Positions 36,201-48,126 of a DNA stretch of 64,000 nt are shown piece after piece. The number at the start of each line of letters is the position of its first letter. The stretch's first letter is position 1. The position numbers were made by a program, and so were the translations under genes. This DNA is from Lytechinus pictus (taxonomy: Eukaryota). The DNA lies in assembly GCF_037042905.1 (NCBI RefSeq), contig NC_087251.1:6326001-6390000 (forward strand), read 5' to 3'. Below the pieces are notes generated by a model. It was not told the origin of the DNA. It ran no database searches and was given only the letters and a program-made list of their open reading frames with translations.

Positions 36201-39200
36201 AACAATACTAATTCCACATGTTCAGGAAAGAATTAATCGTATCACTTGACAATGAGGACAAAATTAGAATATTACATATGGGCAATTCCATAAAATTATC
36301 AACCTTTTAGTACATCCGACCCACATTTTTCTCAAGTTTTACTTCACTTCATAAACTGACCAAGCCATGGTCCTTTGATAACATTACAGACTGTCAAAGA
36401 ACAAGAAATCAGAGACAGAAAATTTCATGAAGGTCCCACACATAGGGGGTCGGACGTACATATTTTATGGAATTGTCCATATAATAAAAAAAAAAAGAAA
36501 TAGTGAGTGGATGACATCATGTCTCCTCATTTGCATAACCCTTTTGTGAAATTAAGGAAAATCTAAAATATAACTCTCATTTTACACCCGATTTCGATTA
36601 AATTTTCAGTGTTATGCTTGTTGGATTTTCTCTTTTTATTCTAATCAACTTTTGGTTGGGGTGGACTTGTCCTTTAAGTCAGTCTGATAATAATACTACA
36701 AAAAATAACAATTATCATTACCATAAATAATCTTTTACATTGACCTTAAGTAGAGGTAAAACGCTGTTTGGATAATTTTCTTTTCATTTAGTTAGATCTA
36801 CTTCAATCTAATTATAAACTTACCATGTCTATATAATCCATTGATATCATTATGCAGGCGGAGACATTATAGTCTAAACCAGGCCATCAGGAAAATAATC
36901 AACAAGCTTCCTTCTTGTGAGGCAACTGAACCAGAAACAAAGGTAAATTTGAGAATACAATGGTCTGTAATGTTTATAATGCAAATATAATTATCAATAA
37001 TGACAATAAACATCATTTCCAGTAAGCCTAAATGTGTAAGGCATCCAGTCAGACAGACAAAAAGAATGAAAGAAAGAAAGAAAGACAGACAGAGAGAGAG
37101 AGGGAGACAGAAGAAAAGAAGAAAGAACCGATAATCAAATATCTCTTATTCCAATGTACACTAAAACAATTATGACTTCGGTTTGTTTACTTGCTCTTGA
37201 AAGAACTTGGAGAATACATGTATCCACCCATTGCATAAATATATTGGATTTGTTAATGAGACAATTGATTGCAATAGTGATAATAATAAATTGTTTCTAC
37301 TGCGGGAGTAAAAAAAATATTTGCACTAAAAAAAAATTGTCAATTCAATAAATATAAATCACAGCAAAGAATCCTACATGATTATCCAAGTGTGAATATA
37401 TACCATGTGCCAATGGTATCAAATTATTTTGGGGGAAAGAGGTAGTAGGGACATGTTCATGACAAGGAATTTCATTATAATTGCCAAATCTTTAGTTGCA
37501 AAGTTTTTTACTCACTCGGTATGATGAATGATAGAGTCACTATCTGCCTTCAATACGTAAGTGACGCTGTATAGCATATGATTGTTTATCAAAAGGTTCT
37601 GAATTTCTGATAGAGATATGGTAGACATATCAAATTTATATATTCAGTATGAAATATTGTTGAATAATATGAATGGGTAATATTTATTATCAATTTTTAA
37701 CAATATGAAAACATTGCTGCATTGTTTTTTTAAATGTACATATGCAGCCTACACATACCCCCAAAATAAATTTATGATTATATTAAAGGTAATTTGATAC
37801 AAAATAGTAAAAAAACACTAAAAATTAAAAATGAATTCTCTTGATTGACTGTTGTCTTTCTCTTCCTCCTGAATTCAATTTTACAGCACTATGTGTTGAG
37901 GAAGACAAGTGATTATATTCAGTTCTTAGAAGAAAAGATAAGTGCCCTATGCTTGGATTTGGATATAGAGCAAACAAATAATTGTGGAGATCTTTCATTC
38001 AGTTCTTCATTATATACTTTGATGGGTAAGTAGAAGTAGAAAAGACATGCAAGATCCTGGTGTCACCCAGTTCAAGTATTACACTGTACATATAGCTTCT
38101 CAGTTTAAACTTCAATGAGTATTTACTTTTTTAAACGTCTTTATCAAGTACTGGTACTTTTTAACATAAATTACAAGAAACAAAATTAAAGTTTAGCTTC
38201 TTATTTGACATTTAATAACAGAATAATTGTAACAATTAAAGGAAACCAAAACCCAAGAAGAGAAGCAATCTTATTGGAAAGAGTAAAGTGCGAAGAGCAA
38301 TCTAAAACTTGTTTTATAAAAATCGGTTATAAAATAATTGAGTTATGGAAGTTTGAAAACTCTTGTTGAACTTTCTATGGGGATCCTCAAATTGGCAAAC
38401 GTGCTTCAAAATGGCTGATTTTGTGGACAACTCTCCATTTGTTTTGTACACAAATTTTCTGATTTTCCTCATTATCTTTCAAATAGCATCTTGCCTCTTT
38501 CTGAGCACAACATATGTCATGGGAAAATATAATTCACACCACATATGTCAAGTATAGGAGGAGATAATGTGAAATATGTAAAATAAAGGGGAAACTCCAA
38601 CAAATTGTATACAAAGCAAATGGACAGTTGTCCACAAAATCAGCCATTTTGAAGCACGTTTGCCAATTTGAGGATCCCCATTGTAAGTAGAACAAGACTT
38701 TTTAAATGCCCATAACTTGCTCATTTCATAACCGATTTTGATGAAACTTGTTTTAAATTGTTCCTCTCATTTTACTCTTTCCAATAAGATTGCTTCCCTT
38801 CTTGGGTTTTGGTTTCCTTTAATAGCATTCAGTATTAACTCTTGGCATCAGTTTTCATTAGACATTTGACATCTAGAGTGTATGTACCCTTAACATGTGT
38901 ACCTTTTCAACCCAAGTAGAATCAAGTTTATTGACCAATAGGTGCTATGTAATTGCAGAGTATTTTTTCTCTCCTCACATGGTGAAGTCATTATTTCACT
39001 ACCTTTATTCTGATATTAGCCTTTACAAGTATGGCGATGCCTGCAATTATAGTCAAAAGTACACTTTAATTAGCTGAGCCCCAAAGATTAATTTATATTA
39101 CAGGGATTTATACTGCTTTTTACAAAGTCTGGTGTCTGAAAACTTTAATCTGCTTATGATGAAATCTTAAGAAAGACTGACTTTTTCAGCATTATTAGAC

Positions 39201-42200
39201 TAGGCATCATTTTTGTCTCACCTGCATAGCAGAGTGAGACTAGAGGCGCCGCTTTTCCGACGACGGCGGCGTCAACACCAAATCTTAACCGAAGGTTAAG
39301 TTTTTGAAATGACAGCATAACTTAGAAAGTATATGGACCTAGTTCATGAAACTTGACCATAAAATTAATCAAGTATTACTGAATATCCTGCCAGAGTTTC
39401 ATGTCACATGACCAAGATCAAAGGTCATTTAGGGTCAATGAACTTAGACCATGTTGGGGGAATCAACATCAAAATCTTAACCTAAGGTTAAGTTTTTGAA
39501 ATGTCATCATAACTTAGAAAATATATGGACCTAGTTCATGAAACTTGGACATAAGGTTAATCAAGTATTACTGAACATCCTGCATGAGTTTCCCGTCACA
39601 TGACCAAGGTCAAAGGTCATTTAGGGTCAATGAACTTTGGCAAAATCTGTTGAATTACCATCATAACTTTGAAAGTTTATGGATCTGATTCATGAAACTT
39701 GGACATAATAGTAATCAAGTATCACTAAACATCCTGTGCAAGTTTCAGGTCACATGATTAAGGTCAATGGTCATTTAGGGTCAATGAACTTTGGCCAAAT
39801 TTGGGGTATTTGTTGAATTACCATCATAACTTTGAAAGTATATTGGTCTAGTTCATAAAACTTGGACATAAGAGTAATCAAGTATCACTGAACATCCTGT
39901 GTGCATCTCAGGCCACATGACCAAGGTCAAAGGTTAATGAACTTTGGCCGTAATGGGGGTATCTGTTGAATTACCATCATAACTTTGAAAGTTTATGGAT
40001 CTGACTCATGAAACTTGGACATAAGAGTAATCAAGTATCACTGAACATCCTGTGCCAGTTTCAGGCCACATGACCAAGGTCAAAGGTCAATGGATATTGG
40101 CCATGTTGGGGGTATTTGTTGAATTACCATCATAACTCTAAGTATATTGGTCTAGTTCATAAAACTTGGACATAAGAGTTGTCAAGTATCACTGAACATC
40201 TCATGCGAGTTTCAGGTCACATGACCAAAGTCAAAGGTCATTTAAGGTAATTGAACTTTGGCCATTTTAGGGGTAATTATTAGATTGCTGTCATAACTTT
40301 CAAAGTTTATAGATATAGTGTATAAAATGTGGATATAGGGGTAATCAAGTATCACTGACAAGTTTTAGGTCACATGATCAAGGTCCAATGTCAATGAACG
40401 TAGTATTGTATCATTATATGAATGGTGTTTTTTGTGAATAATTATTTAAATGGTGTTTTTCAAAGTCAGCACTGTTGCTATATTGAATCGCGTGATGCAG
40501 GTGAGACCGCCAGAGGCATTCCACTTGTTTGTAGATACAGTATAAGCAGTTGATGTAAAATAATCATATCAAGGAAAAGTATTTTTCGACAGAGTGTACT
40601 TTTCTATCTGATTAAATTAAATAGTACCCAGTGTAATAAACCACATGAGCTAATGACCATCTTAAAAAAAATCCCATTGACTCTATGGTGATAAAACTTC
40701 TGCATTTTTCTGATTATCAGTTTCATGAAATGTACATTTGCTACACTCCTGAATTTGAGCTATCAATTTCATCGGTTTTCAGTGGCAATAGAATCAGCTT
40801 GAAAATTAATTCATTAATTTTACCTTCCTACCTTCTTTTCCAAAATATGTAGCATTTATTTCAAAAAATTTCATGTAGAGAAAAATAGATAAGTTATTTG
40901 CTTTCAGACAATTCCATGACATTTGCTCCAGTGACATTGCTCTGCTGTAATTTCTACACGCTGATAGAATAACTAACTTCAGCCCCAGATTAAGGACTAT
41001 TCCCTATCCTGAACCTAACATAAAATCATATTGCAACCCTAAGCCTAATGCTACAGCTTAGACCAAATAAACTCCAGAGCAGTTGTTGATGGAGCTAATG
41101 TCGTGTCACCTAAAAGTATCTTCTGTTTGACTCCACACAGTATGCAATCTTAGTCAGCGTTAGTTCAGAAAGACAACTGCTTCCCGATTGACTTAGGAGT
41201 GCATGATTGTTCATCATCTCAACTTCACTAACTTTTTATTCTCTTTCAAATTACAGATGGAATTCAGAAAGAGATTCCTGCTGATACACCAATTTCTTTG
41301 GAATCCATACAAGATTTGTTAACCAGGCTTGACTGTCAAGTTGACAAGTCTTTGACAAGTTTGACAACCAAGAAGAATTCAACCAAGGGTAAACCGAGAT
41401 CCATGAAAGCTACACGTAAGAAGAAAATAAAGCTCATCCATCAAGATGGCCCCAAAGTGACAGAAATTGGCGATGAGTATCTCCAAGAAAATGACATCAA
41501 AGAAGATGATGAAGAGTCCCTCAGTACAGTAAACACTCAGGATAGTCTGCTAGCAAGCAGTTCCATGAGTGGAATGATGTGCTCTGAGAGTTCAATTGAA
41601 ACAGATGTTTCTCAATCAAACCAGATGAACTCTTCTGTCAGCTCTACCTGGGGCACAGGGTCCCTTGATGATGGTTTTAGCAGCAGCAAGACCACTGATC
41701 AGGAATCTTCACAGGGAAGCACTAGTTCCATCTCTAGCCATGATAGGCCACAAAGGGGAGATTCTCTGGCAGATCTCATTAGAAGTGACACAGGAGTGAA
41801 ATATATCCCAACTCTCTCTGAGGTCAATCAAAAGAGCAAACACATTAAATGGAGTCAGAAGACATCTTTGCAACAAGTGGTTCTCCAAGTTCCCACATTC
41901 TCACCTAACCAGCTATCTATTCCTACCAACAGGACCAAGGACAAGCAAGGACCAATTTCATTCATTTGCCACGGAGATGGCAATGAGGTGTACAATCAGG
42001 CTGATTCAACCAATTTCTTGCCACTAAAGAAAAGCAGTTGCATGTCATCTGATAACATTGCTCATACTCCAACTGTTCTCTTTCAACCAAGTTCATGTAG
42101 TCAGTATGGTCACACCCAGCAGAACCCTGTCCCCATGATTTCTCCAATAAAACCTCTTTCAGACAGCACTGTCCCTGTGTCGGCCCAACATAATATCCTC

Positions 42201-45200
42201 AACAGAAACCTTGTCCCTACTGCTGATCCTCACCCAACCATCGGATATATTAACTGTACATTGAGCAATTGCTTAGATGACAAACTCACTGGTCCAAACC
42301 TTGGCATGTCCTGCACCAGTGTCCATCCATTTGAGGTGTATCACAAACAGTCCTCACTGTTTCAACCCTTGAAGCAAACTGTTGAAATTATCTTAGATGT
42401 TGGAGATGATCCATTGGTGATGAAGTCCTTTCTTGGAGAGAAGATTTTTTCTAAGAGGTCTGGGATAGATGGTTTCGAATTATTCATAAAGGTCAATATC
42501 AAGAGATTCCAAGAGTAAGTATTTGAAAATATAATCAAAGTATTAGAAATAGATACAGATAATTCAATTTGTACGAATTGACTGATAAATTGAATAAATA
42601 CAAAGTACTGTAGATTCCAATGTTCATATCTTCAGTAGATCAATACATCTGGTCAATTGGATGATGCATACTAGATTGAAAATAAAAGATGGAATGAAAA
42701 TACCTGTATGGATCACAATCTTGCAGTCAGGAAAACTATTTAAACATTCTTTAAGTATTCGAAATATTTGTATTTTGATTCATTGTATACATGTAAATCA
42801 ACCTAAAAAATGCAATATAGCCAATTTGAAAGCAAAATAGTCAGCTGGTAAGCAATTAAAATGTATAAAACCTGCAACGTACTTGCTAGATTTGAGTCAT
42901 GTGTAGCAGAGATCTCCAAATGGATGGGGCAGAACTACTTGAAAATCAACCAGGCGAAGTCTGAATTCATTTTCTTTGGCTCTTCCCAACAGATCAAAAA
43001 GGTCATCATTCCTAACCTAAAAATTGGTGATGTACATGTTGAGCCTGTTTCTAAAGTTCGCTCGCTAGGTTTGACACTTGATAGTACTATGTCTATGGAA
43101 CCACAAATCTCTAGCTGCATCAGATCATCATTTTATCACATTAGGCAGATTCGTCGGATCCGGGATTACCTGAATCCCCATGCAACGAAGCAGGCAGTTC
43201 ATGCTCTTGTCACATCACGTTTGGATATGTACAACAGTACTTTGGTTGGACTGCCTGATACTCAAATAAAACGACTACAGAAGGTCCAGAATTCTGCCGC
43301 ACGACTTGTAAAGCGTTCAAAGTTGTCGGATCATATCACCCCAGTTCTTAAGGAATTACATTGGCTGCCTGTTAGGCAAAGACTTGCATATAAAGTTCTT
43401 TCCTTGGTCTTTAAACTGAAAACCAACCAGACACCAGTGTACCTATCAGATCTTCTGGAGTTGAAGAGATCGTGTAGACCCGGTCTTCGTTCAGGGAATG
43501 TTCACCAGCTCCAACAAGTTAGAGTGAAAAGGTCCTGGGGTGACAGATCTTTTTCCGTTGCTGGTCCCCGTTTGTGGAATTCAATCCCATCGGACATTAA
43601 GTCGTGCCAGTCAAGAGAGCTATTCCACAGCAAATTGAAGACTTACCTCATGAGGGAAGCATTTCCTTAACTGTTGTGTGATAAGGCCATTTTTTATTTT
43701 TTGACTACCAACTTAACTGATTGTGTATTTTTTCTTCTCAGTTTGTTCATTTTTATGTATTTATTGATTTCTGTTTTATATAAGTAGTTAATTGTGCGCC
43801 TTGAGTGTCATCGACAGATATGTGCGCTATACAAATCTTTAATTATTATTATTATTATTAAGGTATTATTCTGCAACTGCTACTCATATCTTTTAAACAA
43901 TGTATACTGGTAATCGTTTTGACTTCCAATATGGTCTTTACCGTTCTCCTTTTTAACAAACTGCTGCATATATATTTCATTTCATCATAGTGGTTGGCCT
44001 GCACTGACAAGTAAAGAAATCAACAGACTCATTGGACAAGCATGGAATGAAATACCTGACCACTACAAACAGCTCTATGGGTAAGACAGGAATTAACAAA
44101 CATAGAAAAATTATCACATTCATATGCATGTTTATGAAAGAATGCTGCTCTTGCTTTTATTGATAATGTCTCAGTTTTCCCCCAAACATAGATATTCTGA
44201 AAGTAAATCTTCATACGCTTTAGATAGATCTTCTCATTTTGCATTTTTGAATGTGGTACAAGGAAAAAAGAAACTGACCCACACATTTTCCATAATGTGA
44301 AAAGTTTGCACTGTAAAGTCTTGCGCACACCTTTTGAGACCAAATTTGAATCTAACTTGAATCTTGTTGGACCACAGGAATTTGTCCCCCTCCGGCAAAA
44401 TTGACAAGAAGTGACAACACACGAGTAGTATGAGGTCTGAAAAATGTATTTGACTTGGGTGATTATTCAATTTATAGAAGTTTGACTTTTAATATGCGGA
44501 TTTGAACTTTTAGAAGCCATTATACTTCACATATATTCTGATGACTTTTCCATGTATTTGTCTTCCTTTTTCTTGTATCCTAGAAAAAGAGCTTGCGCAT
44601 GGAACCTTCGGCACAAGAAGAGAACAAAGTCAAAGATTACCTTGTAAGTTTTGCATAATGGAACAATTCTTTAAGATCTTTGTTTAATCAAATAAATCAG
44701 GTCAGTGAGCTCAACTCCTTAAGGGATAGGAAAGCAAACCTATCAAACGTATGCAGAAAGGAGGATAATTGACTAAAAAATCATCATGAATTTGCATTTT
44801 ACTTTAGTTTTTTGTAACCATGGTGTTGATAAGATTTATATTTGATTTATTAATCCAACAATACACACTTATTGGTTGTTTTTATATTCATTCTCTTTTA
44901 TAATTCAACTTTTTTTTTTATTGCATTTTGTATTATGAAGATCAAGTTGACAGGATTTCTCATAGAATCATTCTACTTTATAATTGATATTGTTTCATTA
45001 CTTGCATAATCAAAGTTTTAGCAATGACATGTGACATGTAAGCATAGGTCATATGCAAAGCTTGTCTCTGTTAGAAATTTCATATTGAATACAAGTCAAT
45101 GAAAACTGAACATCAACAAGAAAAAAAAACTCTTTAGAAGCAGAATTGTAAATTTTATCTGAAGGTCTCAAAAGATTGTTCTGATCTATGCACATTGTAC

Positions 45201-45496
45201 TTGTCTATTTTGTGCATTTGAGTTGGACGATGGCAGCGCAGAATTAGGTATAATTATATTGCATGCTGGCAAGCAAACATTAATACAAAGTTTTCTGGTA
45301 TCGAAATAGTTGCTTTAAAGTTGAATGTGTAATAATTAAAATCATACGAAAATATTTAGTGCTATCACTTTATCATCAGAATTTTGTATAAAGAGAGGTC
45401 TACATACTGCAAAATAATAAGAGCTTTTTTCGTTTCAGAGGATCTGAGTGTTATTCTAGTCAAAAAGTTAATAAACTTGTTTTGAAGGAGTTATAG
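33001..45496 (+). CDS. MEIOSIN: bHLH plus HMG-box protein, MEIOSIN/BHMG1-like (621 or 639 aa)
   Basis: Exons 33001-33230, 36858-36942, 37887-38025, 41257-42514, 43991-44080, then either 44584-44647 (stop) or 44584-44643 plus 45439-45496; all GT-AG and phase-compatible. bHLH: KREMHRIHERRRHYSLNQAIRKIINKLPSCEATEPETKHYVLRKTSDYIQFLEEKI. HMG: KRSGIDGFELFIKVNIKRFQDGWPALTSKEINRLIGQAWNEIPDHYKQLYGKRACAWNLRH. The symbol rests on domain architecture only. Confidence 0.75.
34196..34467. mobile_element. hAT-like MITE
   Basis: gcctgggc|CATGGGCGGAAATC ... GATTTCTGCCCTTG|tcctgggc; TSD matches at 7 of 8. Confidence 0.75.
34585..35487. mobile_element. TTAA-flanked element; short, array-less version of 54116-56793
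   Basis: ttaa|GGATCCACGGTTATGTTTGTGC ... TAACTGTGGAGTGTCC|ttaa; colinear with 54116-54970. Confidence 0.85.
35909..36673. mobile_element. TTAA-target MITE (Kolobok/T2-like) containing a nested MITE
   Basis: ttaa|AGGTCAAGCCCACCCCA ... TGGGGTGGACTTGTCCT|ttaa. Confidence 0.82.
36280..36478. mobile_element. 199-bp MITE with a 4-bp ATAT TSD (Sola-like)
   Basis: atat|GGGCAATTCCATAAAA ... TTTTATGGAATTGTCC|atat. Confidence 0.75.
36858..36942 (+). CDS. MEIOSIN: bHLH-HMG gene exon 2 (helix 1 and loop)
   Basis: tgcag|G..AAG|gtaaat; RRHYSLNQAIRKIINKLP..ETK. Confidence 0.85.
37887..38025 (+). CDS. MEIOSIN: bHLH-HMG gene exon 3 (helix 2)
   Basis: ttacag|CAC..G|gtaagt; HYVLRKTSDYIQFLEEKI. Confidence 0.85.
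38240..38818. mobile_element. TTAA-target MITE (Kolobok/T2-like)
   Basis: ttaa|AGGAAACCAAAACCCAAGAAG ... CTTCTTGGGTTTTGGTTTCCT|ttaa; ~200-bp inverted arms. Confidence 0.88.
39210..40529 (+). mobile_element. HINE-like element with ~7 tandem units, in intron 3 of the bHLH-HMG gene
   Basis: Same termini as 16518-17476: TTTTTGTCTCACCTGCATAGCAGAGTGAGAC ... ATGCAGGTGAGACCGCCAGAGGCATTCCACTTGTT. Confidence 0.85.
40909..41110. mobile_element. Degenerate small MITE
   Basis: GACATTTGCTCCA ... TGGAGCTAATGTC inverted ends; internal CCTAAC-like repeats. Confidence 0.45.
41257..42514 (+). CDS. MEIOSIN: bHLH-HMG gene exon 4 (long Ser-rich linker and HMG helix 1)
   Basis: ttacag|AT..GA|gtaagt; 1258-bp open frame (ORF 41298-42518). 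Confidence 0.9.
42876..43860 (+). mobile_element. 5'-truncated L2-group LINE: ORF2 C-terminal region, 3' UTR and (TAT)n tail; 5' boundary approximate
   Basis: ORF 42861-43670 with WMGQNYLKINQAKSE, HALVTSRLD, LQKVQNSAARL, HITPVLKELHWLPV and DRSFSVAGPRLWNSIP; ends GCGCTATACAAATC..ATTATTATTATT. Confidence 0.92.
43991..44080 (+). CDS. MEIOSIN: bHLH-HMG gene exon 5 (HMG helices 2-3)
   Basis: catag|T..GG|gtaaga; GWPALTSKEINRLIGQAWNEIPDHYKQLY. Confidence 0.88.
44584..44647 (+). CDS. MEIOSIN: bHLH-HMG gene exon 6 (end of HMG helix 3); stops at 44647 or splices after 44643
   Basis: Polypyrimidine tract then cctag|A; KRACAWNLRHKKRTKSKITL*; TT|GTAAGT overlaps the stop. Confidence 0.8.
45439..45496 (+). 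CDS. Possible terminal exon 7 of the bHLH-HMG gene
   Basis: ttttttcgtttcag|A; phase-compatible with the donor at 44644; GSECYSSQKVNKLVLKEL*. Confidence 0.45.
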
Positions 45497-45611
45497 GTCA
45501 ATTAGTATGCATTTTCTGTCATTGCAGAATTTCAATATTTTTTACAAAGTTAAAGTATATGTTGCAATATCTACTATGCAATGTAATATGATATATGAAG
45601 TTATATATATA

Positions 45612-46424
45612 CAGTGCGTCCCACAAAAAAACGAAACCGAGATGTATCGATGATTTATCATAACTTAATCGCAAATACAATAGACAAATTACCTACCATT
45701 TTAAAGCTTAGAATCTCCTCTTTCATCTGAAATTACTTAGATTATTTCTCATTCACGCATGAATGAGCAAAAACAATTTGAAAAGGGGATACCAAAAAGT
45801 CACTTGGCGGGCCGTATCTGGGTTTTAAAAAGAAAACCACATTTTTAAAAAGTTCAATATCTGCTCTTTAATTTGATACCTCAATTACAGAAAATGGTCA
45901 AGAAATAACAAAGTTCTGGTTATTTGAAATAAGGCTTGAATTTCAATAATTTCATAAAATGAAGAGGTTTTACAGGCTAGCGTTCAAACTCACTCGACAC
46001 TCTGTTTTGTTGACGATCAGCCATGCATTAAGTCTTTTGTTATCGTGCGATAGCTTCTGTGGGAAACCGGTGAAAACATGTTTATTTAATGAAATTATGG
46101 AAATGCAAGCATTGTTTCGAGGGATCATAACTTTTTTACTACTTGACCATTTTCTGTGATTTAGGTATCAAAGAAAAGAGAAGATATTGAACTTTTTAGT
46201 CATGTGATTTTCTTTTTGAAATTCAGATACTCCCCGCCAAATGAGTTTTTGGCATCCTTTCTTCGAATTGTTTTTGCTCAATCATGCGTGAATAAGGAAT
46301 AATCTAAATAATACCAGATGAAAGAGAGATTCTAAGCTTTACATTGGTAGGTCATTTGTCTATTTTATTTATGATATGATAAATCATCGCTAAATCTCGG
46401 TTTCGTTTTTTCTGGGACGCACTG
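45612..46424. mobile_element. Tc1/mariner-type MITE with long inverted arms
   Basis: ta|CAGTGCGTCCCACAAAAAAACGAAACCGAGAT ... ATCTCGGTTTCGTTTTTTCTGGGACGCACTG|ta. Confidence 0.9.
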
Positions 46425-47103
46425 TATATATAAATATTTGAAATGTAAATGTGTTGGCTTTCTCTCTCATTTTTACCTTCACAAAAAGAATTACTGTAAT
46501 AAATATGAAATATGTAAATGTACATATATGAATGTATATAAAACAAAACTTTTCATGTAAGTGTACTTTGACCAGGGAATTGTTAGATACCATGATACAT
46601 TGTTGTTTTCAAGCACTGGGGTAACATGATTACTTATAGTGAACCATTGTATAATAATTACATTATTCTTTATGAAAGCAATATTAATAAACTTGTTCTT
46701 AATAATCTATTCCTCCTGTGAAAAAATGTATATAAAGTAAAATCTAAAATAATTAGAAGTTGACATTTGGACATAAAGAACCATCAAATAAAATTTCCAC
46801 TGTAAATAATAGATATTGAAAACTTATCTTTTAGACCAGTTATGGAAAAACTAAATAATGTAATTGAATTTGATAAGGTAAGTCATCTCTGACATACCAT
46901 ACAATTTCTTTCTAAGTGTTAAAGGTACAAAAAAAAATGTCTGGTTCAAAATTAAGAGAATTATAATAAATAGTTGGGTAAAATGAAGATGATATTTGAG
47001 GTGTATGTATTGTGTGATGTACATTGTATCAAAGCACAGCAAGAAAGCTTAACAAATCATCAATATTTTGTAAAATCAACTAAAATGACTTGCATATCAC
47101 CTG

Positions 47104-47259
47104 GGCACCGTAACACAAAGCTTAGCGATGAATAGCAAACATGAGAGAAAACTTCTGATTTGTTCCTGGTCAGTATTTTGCACCAAATGCGCGTGTAATG
47201 TTGATCATGATTAGTCAGTTCATTTAGCGATTGATCGCTAATCTTTGTGTTACGGAGCC
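47104..47259. mobile_element. PIF/Harbinger-like MITE
   Basis: ctg|GGCACCGTAACACAAAG ... CTTTGTGTTACGGAGCC|ctg. Confidence 0.78.
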
Positions 47260-47666
47260 CTGGTCACCCCCCTGCACACCAATTAATAAACCTGCCAATT
47301 GAAGTCATTTTGAAAGTTTCAATAGTGGAAAATAAGCTTTGAAAAAAAACATACTTATGGCATCACATTCTGTGATTCGCAAAATCTAAATTTGAACCAT
47401 ATGTTGTGTTAGAAGTTGAAGTGTGTAATGCCTTATTAATATTATTAACATATAGCATTGTGATTTATCTCATCATTTCTCAAGTCCAAGTCCAAACACT
47501 GTCAGAAATGTTGCTGGGTTTTGTTGTTTCATCCCTTAAAGTTTATATTCATATTATGTGATGCAAACAAGGGGGATGCAGCAGCTGTATGGTCTTATCA
47601 GATTACATGAAACTTTTGTTTATTTTGAGGATCAAAGCAATGGAATGTATGTTGTTATTCACAGAC

Positions 47667-48126
47667 ACCGTTCTCACTACCGTCCTTAAACTACATGTAG
47701 TTTACTGGAAACTAGTTTGGTGGAAATTAGTTTAATGTGTAATGAGAACCGTCGAAGCGGTCTTGGAAGCGATCTTCCGAACCAGTTTGGAAAACCACCT
47801 TGCGATGTAGTTTTCAAGATCGCTATGCCTCATTAAACTGGTTTTAGCGTAAGTGAAGACACAACTGTTCTTCGGAAGTGATCTTCGCACATTTTGAGCG
47901 TGCTACTCCACACAACAGGTGTATAATGCCAACGCTGCAGTTTCAAATTTTGCGCGAAACGTGTCACCCCACTGAGTGTTTCCATAGCAACAAGATCGCT
48001 TTACGTGAAGTGATTTTTAAAACCACTTTGTGTGATCAAATGGGAACAATAGAAAAGCAATCTTCCAAACTGGTTTCCTGAACCGGTTTCCAGTAAACTA
48101 GTTTTAGAAAGCCTAATGAGAACGGT
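47667..48126. mobile_element. MITE with degenerate TIRs
   Basis: ACCGTTCTCACTA..TAGTTTACTGGAAAC ... GTTTCCAGTAAACTA..TAATGAGAACGGT. Confidence 0.65.

Noticed and set aside
42855..43880. TSD around the LINE fragment (CTGCAAC on both sides)
   Set aside because: Match is short and offset from the tail; not a convincing duplication.
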